DNA of 64,000 nt from an uncultured Verrucomicrobiae bacterium (GTDB taxonomy: Bacteria; Verrucomicrobiota; Verrucomicrobiia; Chthoniobacterales; UBA10450). Positions 31,197 through 41,022 of this stretch are shown piece by piece (position 1 is the first letter of the stretch; every line of letters begins with the position of its first letter). The notes beneath the pieces are model-generated. The model worked only from the letters and a program-made list of their open reading frames with translations. It ran no database searches and was not told the DNA's origin. A program made the translations under genes and the position numbers. The stretch covers positions 800,001 to 864,000 of the forward strand of contig CAWFGO010000001.1 in NCBI GenBank assembly GCA_963815455.1, given 5' to 3'.

Positions 31197-34043
31197 GTGA
31201 TCTTCGGGCTGGCCGGCATTGTGATGTCGATCCTGGCCTGGCGGTGCGTGCGCGACCCGAAAATTAATTTTTTGGCGGCTGATGACCGGGCGTCGTGGAT
31301 TGTTTTTCCAACCGCCGCTGATGCCACGCTGCATCGCTTTGCCAGCATCGACACGACTTTCCGGCGCGAGTTTATTCTGAATAATTTACCGCCGGCAGCG
31401 CGCCTGAGCATTCGCGCGGCCAGGCGTGCTGAAGTGAAAATCAACGGCCGGCCAGTGGAAATCGACGCAAACCGGAATTGGAAAAATGTTTCGAGCGTTA
31501 ACGTCCAGGCCTTCTTGCAAACGGGCCGGAACCTGATCGAAGCGCGCGTTTTTAACCACACTGGGCCGCCCGCACTGTCGCTCGTTTTCGATTCGAACCA
31601 GCTTACGTTTGGAAGCGACCAAGCCTGGGAAGCCTCCATTGCCGGATCGGCCTGGCGCCACGCCGTTCCCGCCTCGACACCGAAAATTTCGGGCCCGGGA
31701 AATCCGATTGCCGGCGGCGAGCAAACGTTCCGATCTTCGGCAAAGATTTGGCCGATCTGGATTGTGTTCGCCGCGATCGGCGCTGTTACCTGGGTAGCCA
31801 CCGGCTTGGGGCCGATTCGACAACGGTCCACAGCGCCGTGGCTACAGAACGCAGTCCTAGTTTTCGTCGTGGGTGTCTGGCTAATCCTGTTTTGGAACAA
31901 TGCACGACTGTTGCCTTATCATGCCGGGTTCGATTCCCAGGATCACCTTGCCTACATCAAGTATATCCAGGAAAACCGAGCGCTGCCGTTGCCCAACCAG
32001 GGTTACGAAATGTACCAGCCGCCGCTCTATTACGCGATCTCGGCCGCGACGCTTTCGGTGTGCGGTCTCTCCGTTGACGATCCGGCATCGGTCATCGTGT
32101 TGCGCTTTTTGACGACGCTGTTTGCCATCGCGCAATTCACCTTCGTCTTCCTGAGCCTGCGTTTCCTCATTCCGAATCGAATCGGATTGCAACTTGTCGG
32201 GTTAACGCTGGCCGCTTTCCTGCCAATGCAGCTTTATCTCTCGCATTACGTGACCAACGAAATGCTCGCCGCCGCCCTGATGACCGCGGCGATCTATCTC
32301 TGCCTCCGGTTGCTACAGGATGAAAATGCGTCGCTCTTTCATTACGCAGGACTTGGGCTGTGTATTGGCGCGGCCATGCTGACCAAAGCGACCGGAATTC
32401 TGCTGCTCCCGGTCGTTGTCGCAGCCGTGGCCGGACGATTGGTCGCCCAACGAGCAATGCTTCCAACCTGGCTGCGCAATGTTGGCGTGATGCTCGCAGT
32501 TTGTTTCGCGGTTTGCGGTTGGCATTACCTCCGCATCTGGCTGCGGTTCGGAACGCCGCTTCTTGGCAACTGGGACGTGGCCAGCGGTTTTGCCTGGTGG
32601 CAGGAACCCGGCTATCACACGGTGGCGGATTACTTTCGATTTGGCCGCTCACTGGTTAGGCCACTGTTCAGCGGATTCGCCGGAATTGGCGACGGAATCT
32701 ATTCGACCCTATGGGGCGATGGATTGTGCGGGGGCGCGGCTGGTTTGGCGTATCGGCCCCCATGGAATTACCAACTCATGGTCGCCGGATATTTGTTGGG
32801 CCTGGTGCCGGCGGTGGCCATCCTTACCGGCGCAATCACGGCGGCGGCCGGTTATATTCGCAAACCTTCCGCCGAGTTGTTTCTTTTGCTCGGCCTGTCT
32901 TCGGCAGTCGCGTTCGGATTGATCTTCATGACGCTAAGGGTTCCATCGTACGCGCAAGCCAAGGCGTTTTATGGATTGTCGATCCTGGGACCACTCTGTT
33001 TTTTCGGCGTGCTCGGCTGGGAAAGGTTAACCCGAGGCCGCACCATGTTGCGAGTGGGGCTGGGATTATTTCTGGCCGTCTGGGCAATGAATAGCTTCGC
33101 CTCAGTCTGGATGGTTCGTTCGACGCAACAACGACTCTATCTGGTGCGCGGGCTAAGAGCCGACGGCAAGATCGACCTCGCCGCATCCGAAGCGGCCAAA
33201 GCAGTTCAATCCAATCCTTCAAATTCAGAAGCGCGACAAGTGCACGCCTTGATCCTGGATGACGTGAACAAGAACGCTGAAGCGATCATTGAAGCGGAGC
33301 GCGCAGTTGCGCTGAGTCCGGAGGATTCGGCCGCCCATTTGCAATTGGCGATGACGCTAAAGGGGGGCCAGAAGGAACGCGCGATATCCGAGGCGCGCCA
33401 GGCCATCGAGCTGGGCCCTGAGAATTCAGCAGCCTACAAGTTCTTGATGAGCTGCCTGCTTGAAGCGCATCGGAACGAGGAGGCAATCCATCTGGCCGAA
33501 CAATGGCTCACGATAACGCCATTCAACGCCGATGTTCATTATGCCCTGGCGCTCACCCGAGGCGAGAACGGAGATCTGACGCAAGCTGCAAATCAATTTG
33601 GTTATGTCATGGCATTGCGCCCCGATCTCGACGAGGCGCATTCAAAACTTCGCCACACGCTGCTTTTTCTGGCAACGGCGCCTAACGGACCTATGGAACT
33701 TCACGCCGTCGCCGCCCAGGCACCGGATTCGCCGAGAATGTTGGATGAATTAGCGTGGCTATTGGCAACGCATCCCGACCCGAAAGTGCGCGATGGTCAG
33801 GAGGCGACACGGCTGGCAGAGCGAGCGAACGTCCTAACCGACCGGCAGGTCCCTGCCCTGCTCGATACGTTGGCCGCCGCCTACGCCGAAGCAGGGAAAT
33901 TTCCCGCCGCGGTCAGCACTGCGGAGGAAGCGCTCACCCTGGCCCGTTCAACCGGCGACACGGACGGTGGCACTTTGAGCGAGAAAATTCTGGCCACGGT
34001 TCGCCAGCATCAACCGTATCGGGAGGAACCCGTCGGGGAGTAG
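31197..34043 (+). CDS. GT-C type (PMT/GT39-like) membrane glycosyltransferase with C-terminal TPR repeats
   Basis: GFDSQDHLAYI, YQPPLYY, VTNE, AMLTKATG, many TM helices; TPR tail LAWLLAT...LDTLAAAYAEAG. Confidence 0.8.
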   Translation: MIFGLAGIVMSILAWRCVRDPKINFLAADDRASWIVFPTAADATLHRFASIDTTFRREFILNNLPPAARLSIRAARRAEVKINGRPVEIDANRNWKNVSSVNVQAFLQTGRNLIEARVFNHTGPPALSLVFDSNQLTFGSDQAWEASIAGSAWRHAVPASTPKISGPGNPIAGGEQTFRSSAKIWPIWIVFAAIGAVTWVATGLGPIRQRSTAPWLQNAVLVFVVGVWLILFWNNARLLPYHAGFDSQDHLAYIKYIQENRALPLPNQGYEMYQPPLYYAISAATLSVCGLSVDDPASVIVLRFLTTLFAIAQFTFVFLSLRFLIPNRIGLQLVGLTLAAFLPMQLYLSHYVTNEMLAAALMTAAIYLCLRLLQDENASLFHYAGLGLCIGAAMLTKATGILLLPVVVAAVAGRLVAQRAMLPTWLRNVGVMLAVCFAVCGWHYLRIWLRFGTPLLGNWDVASGFAWWQEPGYHTVADYFRFGRSLVRPLFSGFAGIGDGIYSTLWGDGLCGGAAGLAYRPPWNYQLMVAGYLLGLVPAVAILTGAITAAAGYIRKPSAELFLLLGLSSAVAFGLIFMTLRVPSYAQAKAFYGLSILGPLCFFGVLGWERLTRGRTMLRVGLGLFLAVWAMNSFASVWMVRSTQQRLYLVRGLRADGKIDLAASEAAKAVQSNPSNSEARQVHALILDDVNKNAEAIIEAERAVALSPEDSAAHLQLAMTLKGGQKERAISEARQAIELGPENSAAYKFLMSCLLEAHRNEEAIHLAEQWLTITPFNADVHYALALTRGENGDLTQAANQFGYVMALRPDLDEAHSKLRHTLLFLATAPNGPMELHAVAAQAPDSPRMLDELAWLLATHPDPKVRDGQEATRLAERANVLTDRQVPALLDTLAAAYAEAGKFPAAVSTAEEALTLARSTGDTDGGTLSEKILATVRQHQPYREEPVGE

Positions 34044-34216
34044 AAATGATCGTTTGTGTTTTCGCCAAACCAGACGAGAGTCGTCGCTTATTGGATTAGT
34101 TCTGTTCTGTTCGTTGCTTGGTAGATCGTCAGGTGAGGTTCTCCTCAGTGGTGATTTGAAACCCGATTCCCGGGAACGGCTCTGTAGCTGGCAGGTATTT
34201 TCCAAGACAAATCACA

Positions 34217-34528
34217 ATGAAACTGTATGTAGGTAATCTCTCCTTTGAGACCACTGAAAACGATCTTCAGGATCTTTTCGAACAACACGGCAAAGTTGCC
34301 GAAGTCGCGCTGATGATGGATCGCATGACCGGCAAATCGCGCGGTTTTGCGTTCGTCACCATGAACGACGCCACAGAGGCTAACGCAGCCATGGCTGCGC
34401 TCAATGGCAAAGAAGTCAATGGCCGAACATTGAACGTGAACGAAGCGCGCCCGCGTGAAGAGCGGCCGCGTGGCGGCGGTGGCGGTGGCGGCGGTGGAAA
34501 CCGCGGCTATGCCGGTTCTCGCCGATAA
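34217..34528 (+). CDS. RRM RNA-binding protein with a glycine-rich tail
   Basis: RNP2 LYVGNL, RNP1 RGFAFVTM, VNEARPRE. Confidence 0.95.
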   Translation: MKLYVGNLSFETTENDLQDLFEQHGKVAEVALMMDRMTGKSRGFAFVTMNDATEANAAMAALNGKEVNGRTLNVNEARPREERPRGGGGGGGGGNRGYAGSRR

Positions 34529-34543
34529 ATCCGGAGTTTAAAC

Positions 34544-34573
34544 AGCCGGCGCTCACACTAGTGGGCGCCGGCT
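34544..34573 (+). terminator. Strong hairpin downstream of the RRM gene (terminator or stabiliser; no clear U-tract)
   Basis: agccggcgctcac-acta-gtgggcgccggct. Confidence 0.5.
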
Positions 34574-34639
34574 CGTCCGGAAGCTTAGCAACCCATCAGC
34601 GGCGGGCCTGCCCGCTCCACTTTTCCCCCGGAAAACGAA

Positions 34640-34867
34640 TTGAATCGACAAGTGAATTCAGAAAAAGCGATCGAACTGGAAGGCATCATCATGTCGGTGC
34701 TTCCCGGCACGATGTTTCGCGTCGCACTGGCTAATCAACACCTTGTCCTAGCCCACATTTCTGGAAAGATGCGTAAACGCTTTATTCGGCTTACAGTAGG
34801 CGACCGCGTGAAGTTGCAGATGTCTCCCTACGATATCGACAAAGCACGCATTGTTTATCGTCTCTGA
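34640..34867 (+). CDS. infA: Translation initiation factor IF-1
   Basis: [36 protein letters not shown]. Confidence 0.96.
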   Translation: MNRQVNSEKAIELEGIIMSVLPGTMFRVALANQHLVLAHISGKMRKRFIRLTVGDRVKLQMSPYDIDKARIVYRL

Positions 34868-34871
34868 TTAT

Positions 34872-35093
34872 ATGAAATTCTTCGCCGCCAGTGCCCGCCC
34901 AAAAGCCAAGAACGGTCCAGTTATCAAACGCCTTCTGGTTCGTTGCCCTTCGACCTCAAGACTGACCGAGACCGGCCAGACCATTGAAGAACAGCGCTGG
35001 GCCACCGCCAAAGTCAAAAGCCAGAAGTTTAACTGCACCCACTGCGGCCACGTCCATACCTGGACAAAAAAGGACGTCGTCCTGGCTCGCTGA
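34872..35093 (+). CDS. Small putative metal-binding protein
   Basis: VRCPST...CTHCGHVHTW; 4 nt after the infA stop. Confidence 0.65.
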   Translation: MKFFAASARPKAKNGPVIKRLLVRCPSTSRLTETGQTIEEQRWATAKVKSQKFNCTHCGHVHTWTKKDVVLAR

Positions 35094-35180
35094 ACGGTTT
35101 TCGCATCCTCGGGAGTGCAGCGCGTTCTTTCGCCTGTGACAACCGAACCCGCTTAGAGTAAGATCGCGGTCCTTTTCTCA

Positions 35181-36119
35181 ATGAAAACGCTCGCGACAGC
35201 CGGTGGTCACCGGCCCGTTTTCGCCCAGCAAGAGCGATGGGTGGTTCCAACCGTCGACCAAATCATGGCGGAAGAACGCGCCGCCGCGTTTGCTAAACGC
35301 AGTATCAAGACTTCGGCCAAGCTTGAAGGTCTCAAACTCGCCATCTCGATGATGGATTTGACCACGCTCGAAGGAAAAGACACCCCCGGAAAAATCGCGT
35401 TTCTCTGCCGCAAAGCGATACAGCCTCTCGATCCGCGCTACGAAGTGCCGTCTTGCGCCGCCGTCTGTGTTTATTCGAACCTTGTCCGGGTCGCGAAAAA
35501 ATTTCTGGGCAACTCCAAGGTCAAAGTCGCTTCGGTTGCGACTGCATTCCCCACCGGGTTAATGCCGTTAAAATTGAAGCTCGCGGAAGTGCGTAGCGCA
35601 GCGGGGGACGGCGCCGACGAGATCGACATGGTCATCGATCGCGGCGTTTTTCTGGCCGGCGATTACGACCGTGTCTTCGATGAGATCGCCGCGACCAAAG
35701 AAGCGTGCGGCGAAGCGCATCTTAAAGTCATTCTCGAAACCGGCGAACTGCAAACCTACGACAACGTTCGTTTGGCCAGTGAGATCGCCATGCGGGCCGG
35801 GGCGGACTTTATCAAGACATCCACCGGAAAAATTTCGCCGGCAGCCACCATGCCGGTCACTCTGGTAATGCTCGAAGCAATCCGCGATTACTTTTACGAA
35901 ACCGGCATTCGAATCGGAATGAAGCCAGCCGGCGGCATTCGCACCGCCAAACAAGGGCTGGCGTATCTGGTCATGCTCAAGGAGACGCTCGGCGACGATT
36001 GGCTCACACCCGACCTCTTTCGCTTCGGCGCCAGCACGCTCGTTAACGATGTCCTGATGCAGATCGTCAAGAACGTGGACGGAAACTATCAGGGACCGGA
36101 TTATTTTTCGTTGCCGTAG
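35181..36119 (+). CDS. deoC: Deoxyribose-phosphate aldolase
   Basis: DLTTLEG, GADEIDMV, LKVILETGEL, DFIKTSTGK, KPAGGIR, RFGAS. Confidence 0.96.
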   Translation: MKTLATAGGHRPVFAQQERWVVPTVDQIMAEERAAAFAKRSIKTSAKLEGLKLAISMMDLTTLEGKDTPGKIAFLCRKAIQPLDPRYEVPSCAAVCVYSNLVRVAKKFLGNSKVKVASVATAFPTGLMPLKLKLAEVRSAAGDGADEIDMVIDRGVFLAGDYDRVFDEIAATKEACGEAHLKVILETGELQTYDNVRLASEIAMRAGADFIKTSTGKISPAATMPVTLVMLEAIRDYFYETGIRIGMKPAGGIRTAKQGLAYLVMLKETLGDDWLTPDLFRFGASTLVNDVLMQIVKNVDGNYQGPDYFSLP

Positions 36120-36158
36120 GGCAATGCTTTGCTCCGCGAAAAGCGGCGCCACAGGCGT

Positions 36159-36289
36159 GTCATCCTGAGCGAAGCGAAGGACCCCGCGAGCGGGCTGCCA
36201 ACGTCGCAAGCAATCATACGGTCATGCTTTCAGAGTGGCTCGATGCGTTCAATTCCGATCGCGAGATCCCTCTCTACGCTCGGGATGAC
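36159..36289. repeat. GTCATC...GATGAC repeat, copy 5
   Basis: gtcatcctgagcgaagcgaaggaccccgcg...cgcgagatccctctctacgctcgggatgac. Confidence 0.8.
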
Positions 36290-36330
36290 CGAGCTTTATT
36301 CTGCGAGCACCGACCAAAAGCGCACCAGCC

Positions 36331-37698
36331 CTATTTCTTCTTCGGCTCGACCTTGCGGTAAAGTGTCGCCATGCTAATGCCCAGCATGCTGGCGGCTTTT
36401 TCGCGCGAGGCGCCGCAATGAGCAAGCGTCGCCTCGATGTAACCGCGCTCCTGCTGCTGAATGAATTCATCCAGCGTTTGGCCCACCGGCATCGCAGCAA
36501 TAGCATCGTCCGTTTTCTCGCCTTTCGCCTCGCTCACGATGTTTGGCGGCAAATCGCTGGGCAAAATCAGTTCTTCTTCGCATAGGGCGCAGGCGCGCTC
36601 GATTGCATTCTCCAGCTCGCGCACATTGCCGGGGTAGGAGTAGTGGCACAAAATATCGACTGCTTGCGGATCGATCTTTTTCGGCTCGCCCCCGGCCGTA
36701 CCGGCTTGTTTTTGCAAAAAATGATTCACCAGCAATGGCACGTCCTCCAAACGCTCGCGCAATGGAGGAATCTCCACCGGAATGACGGCTAACCGATAAT
36801 ACAAATCTTCGCGAAACGTTCCGTCCTTGAGTTTGGGCACCAGAGCTTCGTTCGTCGCGCCGACGACGCGGACGTTGACGGGCGAGCTCTTGTTGTCGCC
36901 AACACGCCGAACCTCGCGCTCTTGCAAAACCCGCAGCAATTTCGTCTGCAACTGCGGCGCCATGGAATTTACTTCGTCGAGAAAAATCGTGCCGAGGTTC
37001 GCTTCCTCGAATAATCCGCGCTTGTCCGCCACCGCGCCGGTGAACGAGCCCTTCTTGTGTCCGAACAATTCCGATTCGAGCAAGTTTTCCGGCAACGCGC
37101 TGCAGTTGATGGCGACGAACGGATGTTGTTGCCGGTTAGAATTGAAATGCAGACCGCGGGCGACCAGCTCCTTGCCGGTACCGCTTTCACCCACAATTAG
37201 CACGGTGCTGTCGGTATCGGCGACCTTGTTCACGAGATTGTAAACCTGCTGCATTTTGCGGCTCGTCCCGATAATGTTCTCGAACCGGTAACGATTCTTC
37301 AGTTCCTTTCGCAGGTAGGTGTTTTCTCGGACAGCGGCCTGAAAATCGAGCGCCCGCTGGATCGTCATTTGTAGCTCGTCGATCTTGAACGGCTTCGGCA
37401 CATAACCGTAGGCGCCCATTTTCATCGCCTCGACCGCGGTATCGACCGACGCGTAGGCTGTGATTAAGATCACCGAAGTCTGCCGATGATGTTCGCGCAC
37501 GTGCCGCAACACATCGAACCCGCTCATCGTCTCCATCTTGATGTCGGTGATCACAATTTGGGGCTGGATCGTGTCGAGTTGCTCGACCGCTTTCGGCGCC
37601 GCGTTAAATGGAAAAACTTCGTGCCCCTTGTCCCGACAAAGGGTCACGATCACTTCCACCATCGCCGGCTCGTCATCGATAACTATAATTTTGGCCAT
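36331..37698 (-). CDS. Sigma54-dependent response regulator (NtrC family)
   Basis: Receiver domain, GESGTGKE, ESELFGH, GSFTGA, FREDLYYRL, Fis-type HTH. Confidence 0.95.
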   Translation of the reverse strand: MAKIIVIDDEPAMVEVIVTLCRDKGHEVFPFNAAPKAVEQLDTIQPQIVITDIKMETMSGFDVLRHVREHHRQTSVILITAYASVDTAVEAMKMGAYGYVPKPFKIDELQMTIQRALDFQAAVRENTYLRKELKNRYRFENIIGTSRKMQQVYNLVNKVADTDSTVLIVGESGTGKELVARGLHFNSNRQQHPFVAINCSALPENLLESELFGHKKGSFTGAVADKRGLFEEANLGTIFLDEVNSMAPQLQTKLLRVLQEREVRRVGDNKSSPVNVRVVGATNEALVPKLKDGTFREDLYYRLAVIPVEIPPLRERLEDVPLLVNHFLQKQAGTAGGEPKKIDPQAVDILCHYSYPGNVRELENAIERACALCEEELILPSDLPPNIVSEAKGEKTDDAIAAMPVGQTLDEFIQQQERGYIEATLAHCGASREKAASMLGISMATLYRKVEPKKK

Positions 37699-37767
37699 AA
37701 AATCTCAGCGCGGAGAATATTTCAGATTTGAGAAAAAGAAAGCGGAAATGAGAATTTCCTTCGCAGC

Positions 37768-38973
37768 CTACGAATTGAACCCTCCTCGACCCTCGACCAT
37801 CACCCACTCGACTGCGCCGTCGAAGGCCACGATCTCCTCAAAAACAGCTGTCGATTTTGCCACCGGCACGGCGATTAGGTCGGCTTGCGAGCCGGGACGG
37901 ATTCGGCCAATCGCTTCTGTCCGATCCAATGCCCGGCCCGGATTCACCGTCACCATCTCGAGAATTTCCCGGGGCGAACGTTTCGGCCTGCGTCGTTGGA
38001 ATGCGCGCATCTCGGCGAATAAGCTCAGGCTCTCGTTGCTGGCCAGACTGTCCGTGCCGAGGCAGATGTTGAATCCGAGCGTACGAAACTTTCCGTATTT
38101 AAACGGGGAATGCCCAAAATACTCGTGACTACGCGGGCAATGAACGATGTGGGGCTGCGCTTTCGGCCGGAGCAGCACCTCCAAGTCGTCCATGCCGACT
38201 TCATTCAAGTGAACGAGCAGCCAGCGCTCGTCCAGCTCGCAGAATTCCGCGACTTGCTCCACCGGCGTGACACGATGCAAATCCGAATGATTACGACCGA
38301 GCTGAGAAAGAAAATCGAAGAGCGGGCCCCGAGATTCGCGAAACATCGCCGCTTCCTCGCGCGATTCCGCCAGATGCGTGGTCAACAAGATGTTATCGCG
38401 CCGCGCGATTTCCTGGCACCGCCGATACAAGTCCCGCGAAGCAGTGAATGGCGCGTGCGGTCCGAGTCCCCAGTTTGCTGCGCCATGAATTGATTCGACG
38501 GCCAGATCGACAATCTCATTTGCCCGCTGCGGCGAACGCACATCGATCAACTCGGCAAACCACCATGTCCGGATCGGCGGCCTGATTTGCGAAACCAACT
38601 CGGGAAACGCTGTCAGATTCGCGATCGTCGTGGTTCCATACTTCTTCGCCTCGGCAAAACCTTCCTCGATCGAGGCGACGTAATCCCGCGGCGAAAGTTT
38701 TTCCTTTTCCGTAATGATCGCGCGAATCCAATCGGCAAAGGATTCTTGCCGCGGAATCCTGCCGCGCAAGCAAGTGTAGTCGAGGTGGCAATGGGCGTTG
38801 ATCAGCCCGGGCAAGAGCGCGCGCTCGCCAAGATCGACAACGTCGCCGGCATTGCGCGCCCTGATTTCATGGAAGCCGCCAACATCGACAATCCGATCCC
38901 CGTTGATCGCGACCGCGCCGTTTCCGATTGGTGGCCCATCCATTGTGACAACAACCCGCGCCCGGAGAATCAT
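37768..38973 (-). CDS. Metal-dependent amidohydrolase (MTA/SAH- or aminodeoxyfutalosine-deaminase-like)
   Basis: PGLINAHCHL, PHAPFT, HLAES, HCPRSH, GTDSLASN. Confidence 0.85.
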   Translation of the reverse strand: MILRARVVVTMDGPPIGNGAVAINGDRIVDVGGFHEIRARNAGDVVDLGERALLPGLINAHCHLDYTCLRGRIPRQESFADWIRAIITEKEKLSPRDYVASIEEGFAEAKKYGTTTIANLTAFPELVSQIRPPIRTWWFAELIDVRSPQRANEIVDLAVESIHGAANWGLGPHAPFTASRDLYRRCQEIARRDNILLTTHLAESREEAAMFRESRGPLFDFLSQLGRNHSDLHRVTPVEQVAEFCELDERWLLVHLNEVGMDDLEVLLRPKAQPHIVHCPRSHEYFGHSPFKYGKFRTLGFNICLGTDSLASNESLSLFAEMRAFQRRRPKRSPREILEMVTVNPGRALDRTEAIGRIRPGSQADLIAVPVAKSTAVFEEIVAFDGAVEWVMVEGRGGFNS

Positions 38974-38974
38974 G

Positions 38975-39619
38975 CTACTCGCCGCCTTTCACAGCCCGTC
39001 TGCACTCGGCCACGAGCAAATTGCACGCTTCCTGACAAAGCAGCGGAATTGTTCGCCCGCCCTGGCCGGCCTGATCGTAAGTCGAATCGAACTTTTCTTT
39101 TGGCAACTCTAACGATGCCGGCGCCCCGGTCCGATCGCGTTTCCACAAAATTGTTCGCAAACAACCGCCTTCGGACCGGCAAAAATTCCCGGCCACGCCG
39201 TCGATCTGGGCATCGGAAATCTTGGCCGCAACGCGATACATCCCCGATTGTCGATCCAACGTTTCGCGCAGCGCCGTGGTGGCAAGGCGATTTTCCTTCC
39301 ATGCAGCGAAGACAGCGAGTCTGCCCGGATAAAAATAATCCAGGGCGCGCCGCGCTTCGTTAAGATCGACAACCTCCAGTCGCCAGCCGTGCCGCAAATT
39401 GGGCGCGGTCTTTAGCGGACGATAATTTCCCGCGTCGTCATATTTCGCAATTTCTATAGCGTCCTCTGCGTTTCGAAACGTTCTTAGACCGCCTCGCCCT
39501 TCGTCGTCGCGGTGTGAAAGCACGCAACCGCCAGCAGCGGTTCTTGTAAGGAGAATCTGTCCGAAACAAATAGGATCGGCGAGCGCGGCTTCGAGGATTC
39601 GCGCGACAGAATCCGGCAT
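38975..39619 (-). CDS. DR2241-family protein (probable Fe-S cluster)
   Basis: YRPLKTAPNL, YFYPG, RQSGMY, C-x4-C and CQEAC cysteines. Confidence 0.8.
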   Translation of the reverse strand: MPDSVARILEAALADPICFGQILLTRTAAGGCVLSHRDDEGRGGLRTFRNAEDAIEIAKYDDAGNYRPLKTAPNLRHGWRLEVVDLNEARRALDYFYPGRLAVFAAWKENRLATTALRETLDRQSGMYRVAAKISDAQIDGVAGNFCRSEGGCLRTILWKRDRTGAPASLELPKEKFDSTYDQAGQGGRTIPLLCQEACNLLVAECRRAVKGGE

Positions 39620-39633
39620 GGCCGCGCCCGGTG

Positions 39634-40092
39634 TTAGTGCAGGCAATGCGCGATCAAACCACCCGCGCGCTCGAGAAATTGTCGATCTTCCTGGCCGAAA
39701 GCGTTCAACGTTTCGCTCTCGGCATCGATCATCCCAACGATGCGGTGGTGATCGTTCGTCATCGGCACGATGATCTCGGAGCGAGTGGTGTGAAAGGTGG
39801 GCAGGTAGCGGGGGTCGTTCTGCACGTCGCCGACGATAACCGGCTTACCCGATTCCAGCACGGCCGAGCACAGCCCCTGGGTAATGGGAAACCGTGGATA
39901 GGCCGGCGGTTCGTCCCCCGTGCCGGCCATGATCACGAAGTCCTCCTTCACAATCTTATAAACGCCGACCCAGCGATAGCCGCGTGCGGCGCGAATCATC
40001 TCCACCAATTGCTTCATGCGCTTCTTGGTACACCCGCCAGCCAGGGCAAATGCCCCTATCTCTTGTAGCTGCTTGCAGGTCGTGTCTTTCAT
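39634..40092 (-). CDS. Stand-alone GAF-domain protein (fRMsr/YebR-like)
   Basis: YRWVGVY, GLCSAV, VGDV, RSEIIVP, IDAES, F...DRQFLE. Confidence 0.85.
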   Translation of the reverse strand: MKDTTCKQLQEIGAFALAGGCTKKRMKQLVEMIRAARGYRWVGVYKIVKEDFVIMAGTGDEPPAYPRFPITQGLCSAVLESGKPVIVGDVQNDPRYLPTFHTTRSEIIVPMTNDHHRIVGMIDAESETLNAFGQEDRQFLERAGGLIAHCLH

Positions 40093-40152
40093 TCGCGGGA
40101 GAGCAATCTCGTGCAAAAGAAAACAAGCGCGAGCACGATTTCAACCCCTACC

Positions 40153-41022
40153 TCAAGATTTCCCGGCCTGGTCGATAATGATGTCGGCGAAGCCCGGGTC
40201 GGTGCCAATGGCGCTGGCGTAAAACAGGGCACGGTCGTCGATTTTGTAGGGGTTCCTACCGAAGACTGAGCCGTTGCCGTCATCCCGAGCGGAGTCGAGG
40301 GATCCCGGGGAATTACTTAGAAGCTTCGCACCGGGATCCTTCGACCCCGAAAGCTTTCGGGGCTCAGGATGACTGGAAATTCCGAGCAGCTCTGGAATGT
40401 CGTCATAACTGTGAAGCCCGTCCGAGATAAAGAATGGGACCACCACCACGTTCGGCGTTTGCGTCAGTTTTCTCCAATCGGAAACGAGCGGCGCCTCTTC
40501 CATATAAACATTGAGCACCTCAGCGTATTTTCCGATGACCCGGATCTTTTCTGCCTCGCGCTTCGCCGCAGCCGCGCTGTTCTCATTCAAGTCGGTGCCG
40601 TGCGCGACAATCAGCAAACTGGTCATGGCAGGATCGACATCGGGCGCGACGTCGTGCGCCCGTTGCAGCAGCAAATCGGTCATCGACGGGTGATTCCCAA
40701 CCGGCTCGCAATATTTCCAAACTTGTCCGGTCGTCCGTCTCGTGATCGGGCCATCGAGTTCGAGTTCACGGGGAATCACCGTCTGCGTGAAATACCCTTC
40801 GCTAATGAAATTGGGAACGACGTAAACCTTGCGAATCAATTCCGGATCGAACAGGAAAATTGCGTCGCGCAAACTCGGCTCCTCTTTCCAAAAAGCGCAG
40901 CCAACATCGACAAAAACCTTCCGGCGCCGAATTTCGGCTGCTTGCGCCAGCGTCGGCGCGCTCGAATCGGGATTCACCGTCGAACCGTGGCCTACGATAA
41001 GAAGAGCGGAGTCCGGCTTCAC
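40153..41022 (-). CDS. CbiX/SirB-like chelatase-fold protein with an in-frame palindromic repeat
   Basis: VGHGST, FWKEEP, VVPNFISEGYF, AHGT, VVPFFISDGLH. Confidence 0.85.
   Translation of the reverse strand: MKPDSALLIVGHGSTVNPDSSAPTLAQAAEIRRRKVFVDVGCAFWKEEPSLRDAIFLFDPELIRKVYVVPNFISEGYFTQTVIPRELELDGPITRRTTGQVWKYCEPVGNHPSMTDLLLQRAHDVAPDVDPAMTSLLIVAHGTDLNENSAAAAKREAEKIRVIGKYAEVLNVYMEEAPLVSDWRKLTQTPNVVVVPFFISDGLHSYDDIPELLGISSHPEPRKLSGSKDPGAKLLSNSPGSLDSARDDGNGSVFGRNPYKIDDRALFYASAIGTDPGFADIIIDQAGKS
40279..40373. repeat. GTCATC...GATGAC repeat, copy 6, inside the CbiX-like CDS, with a nested 18-nt hairpin (40345-40362)
   Basis: gtcatcccgagcggagtcgagggatcccgg...ccgggatccttcgaccccgaaagctttcggggctcaggatgac. 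Confidence 0.85.

Noticed and set aside
29144..34043. tRNA-anchored integrative element or prophage
   Set aside because: No integrase, and I found no duplicated tRNA 3' end.
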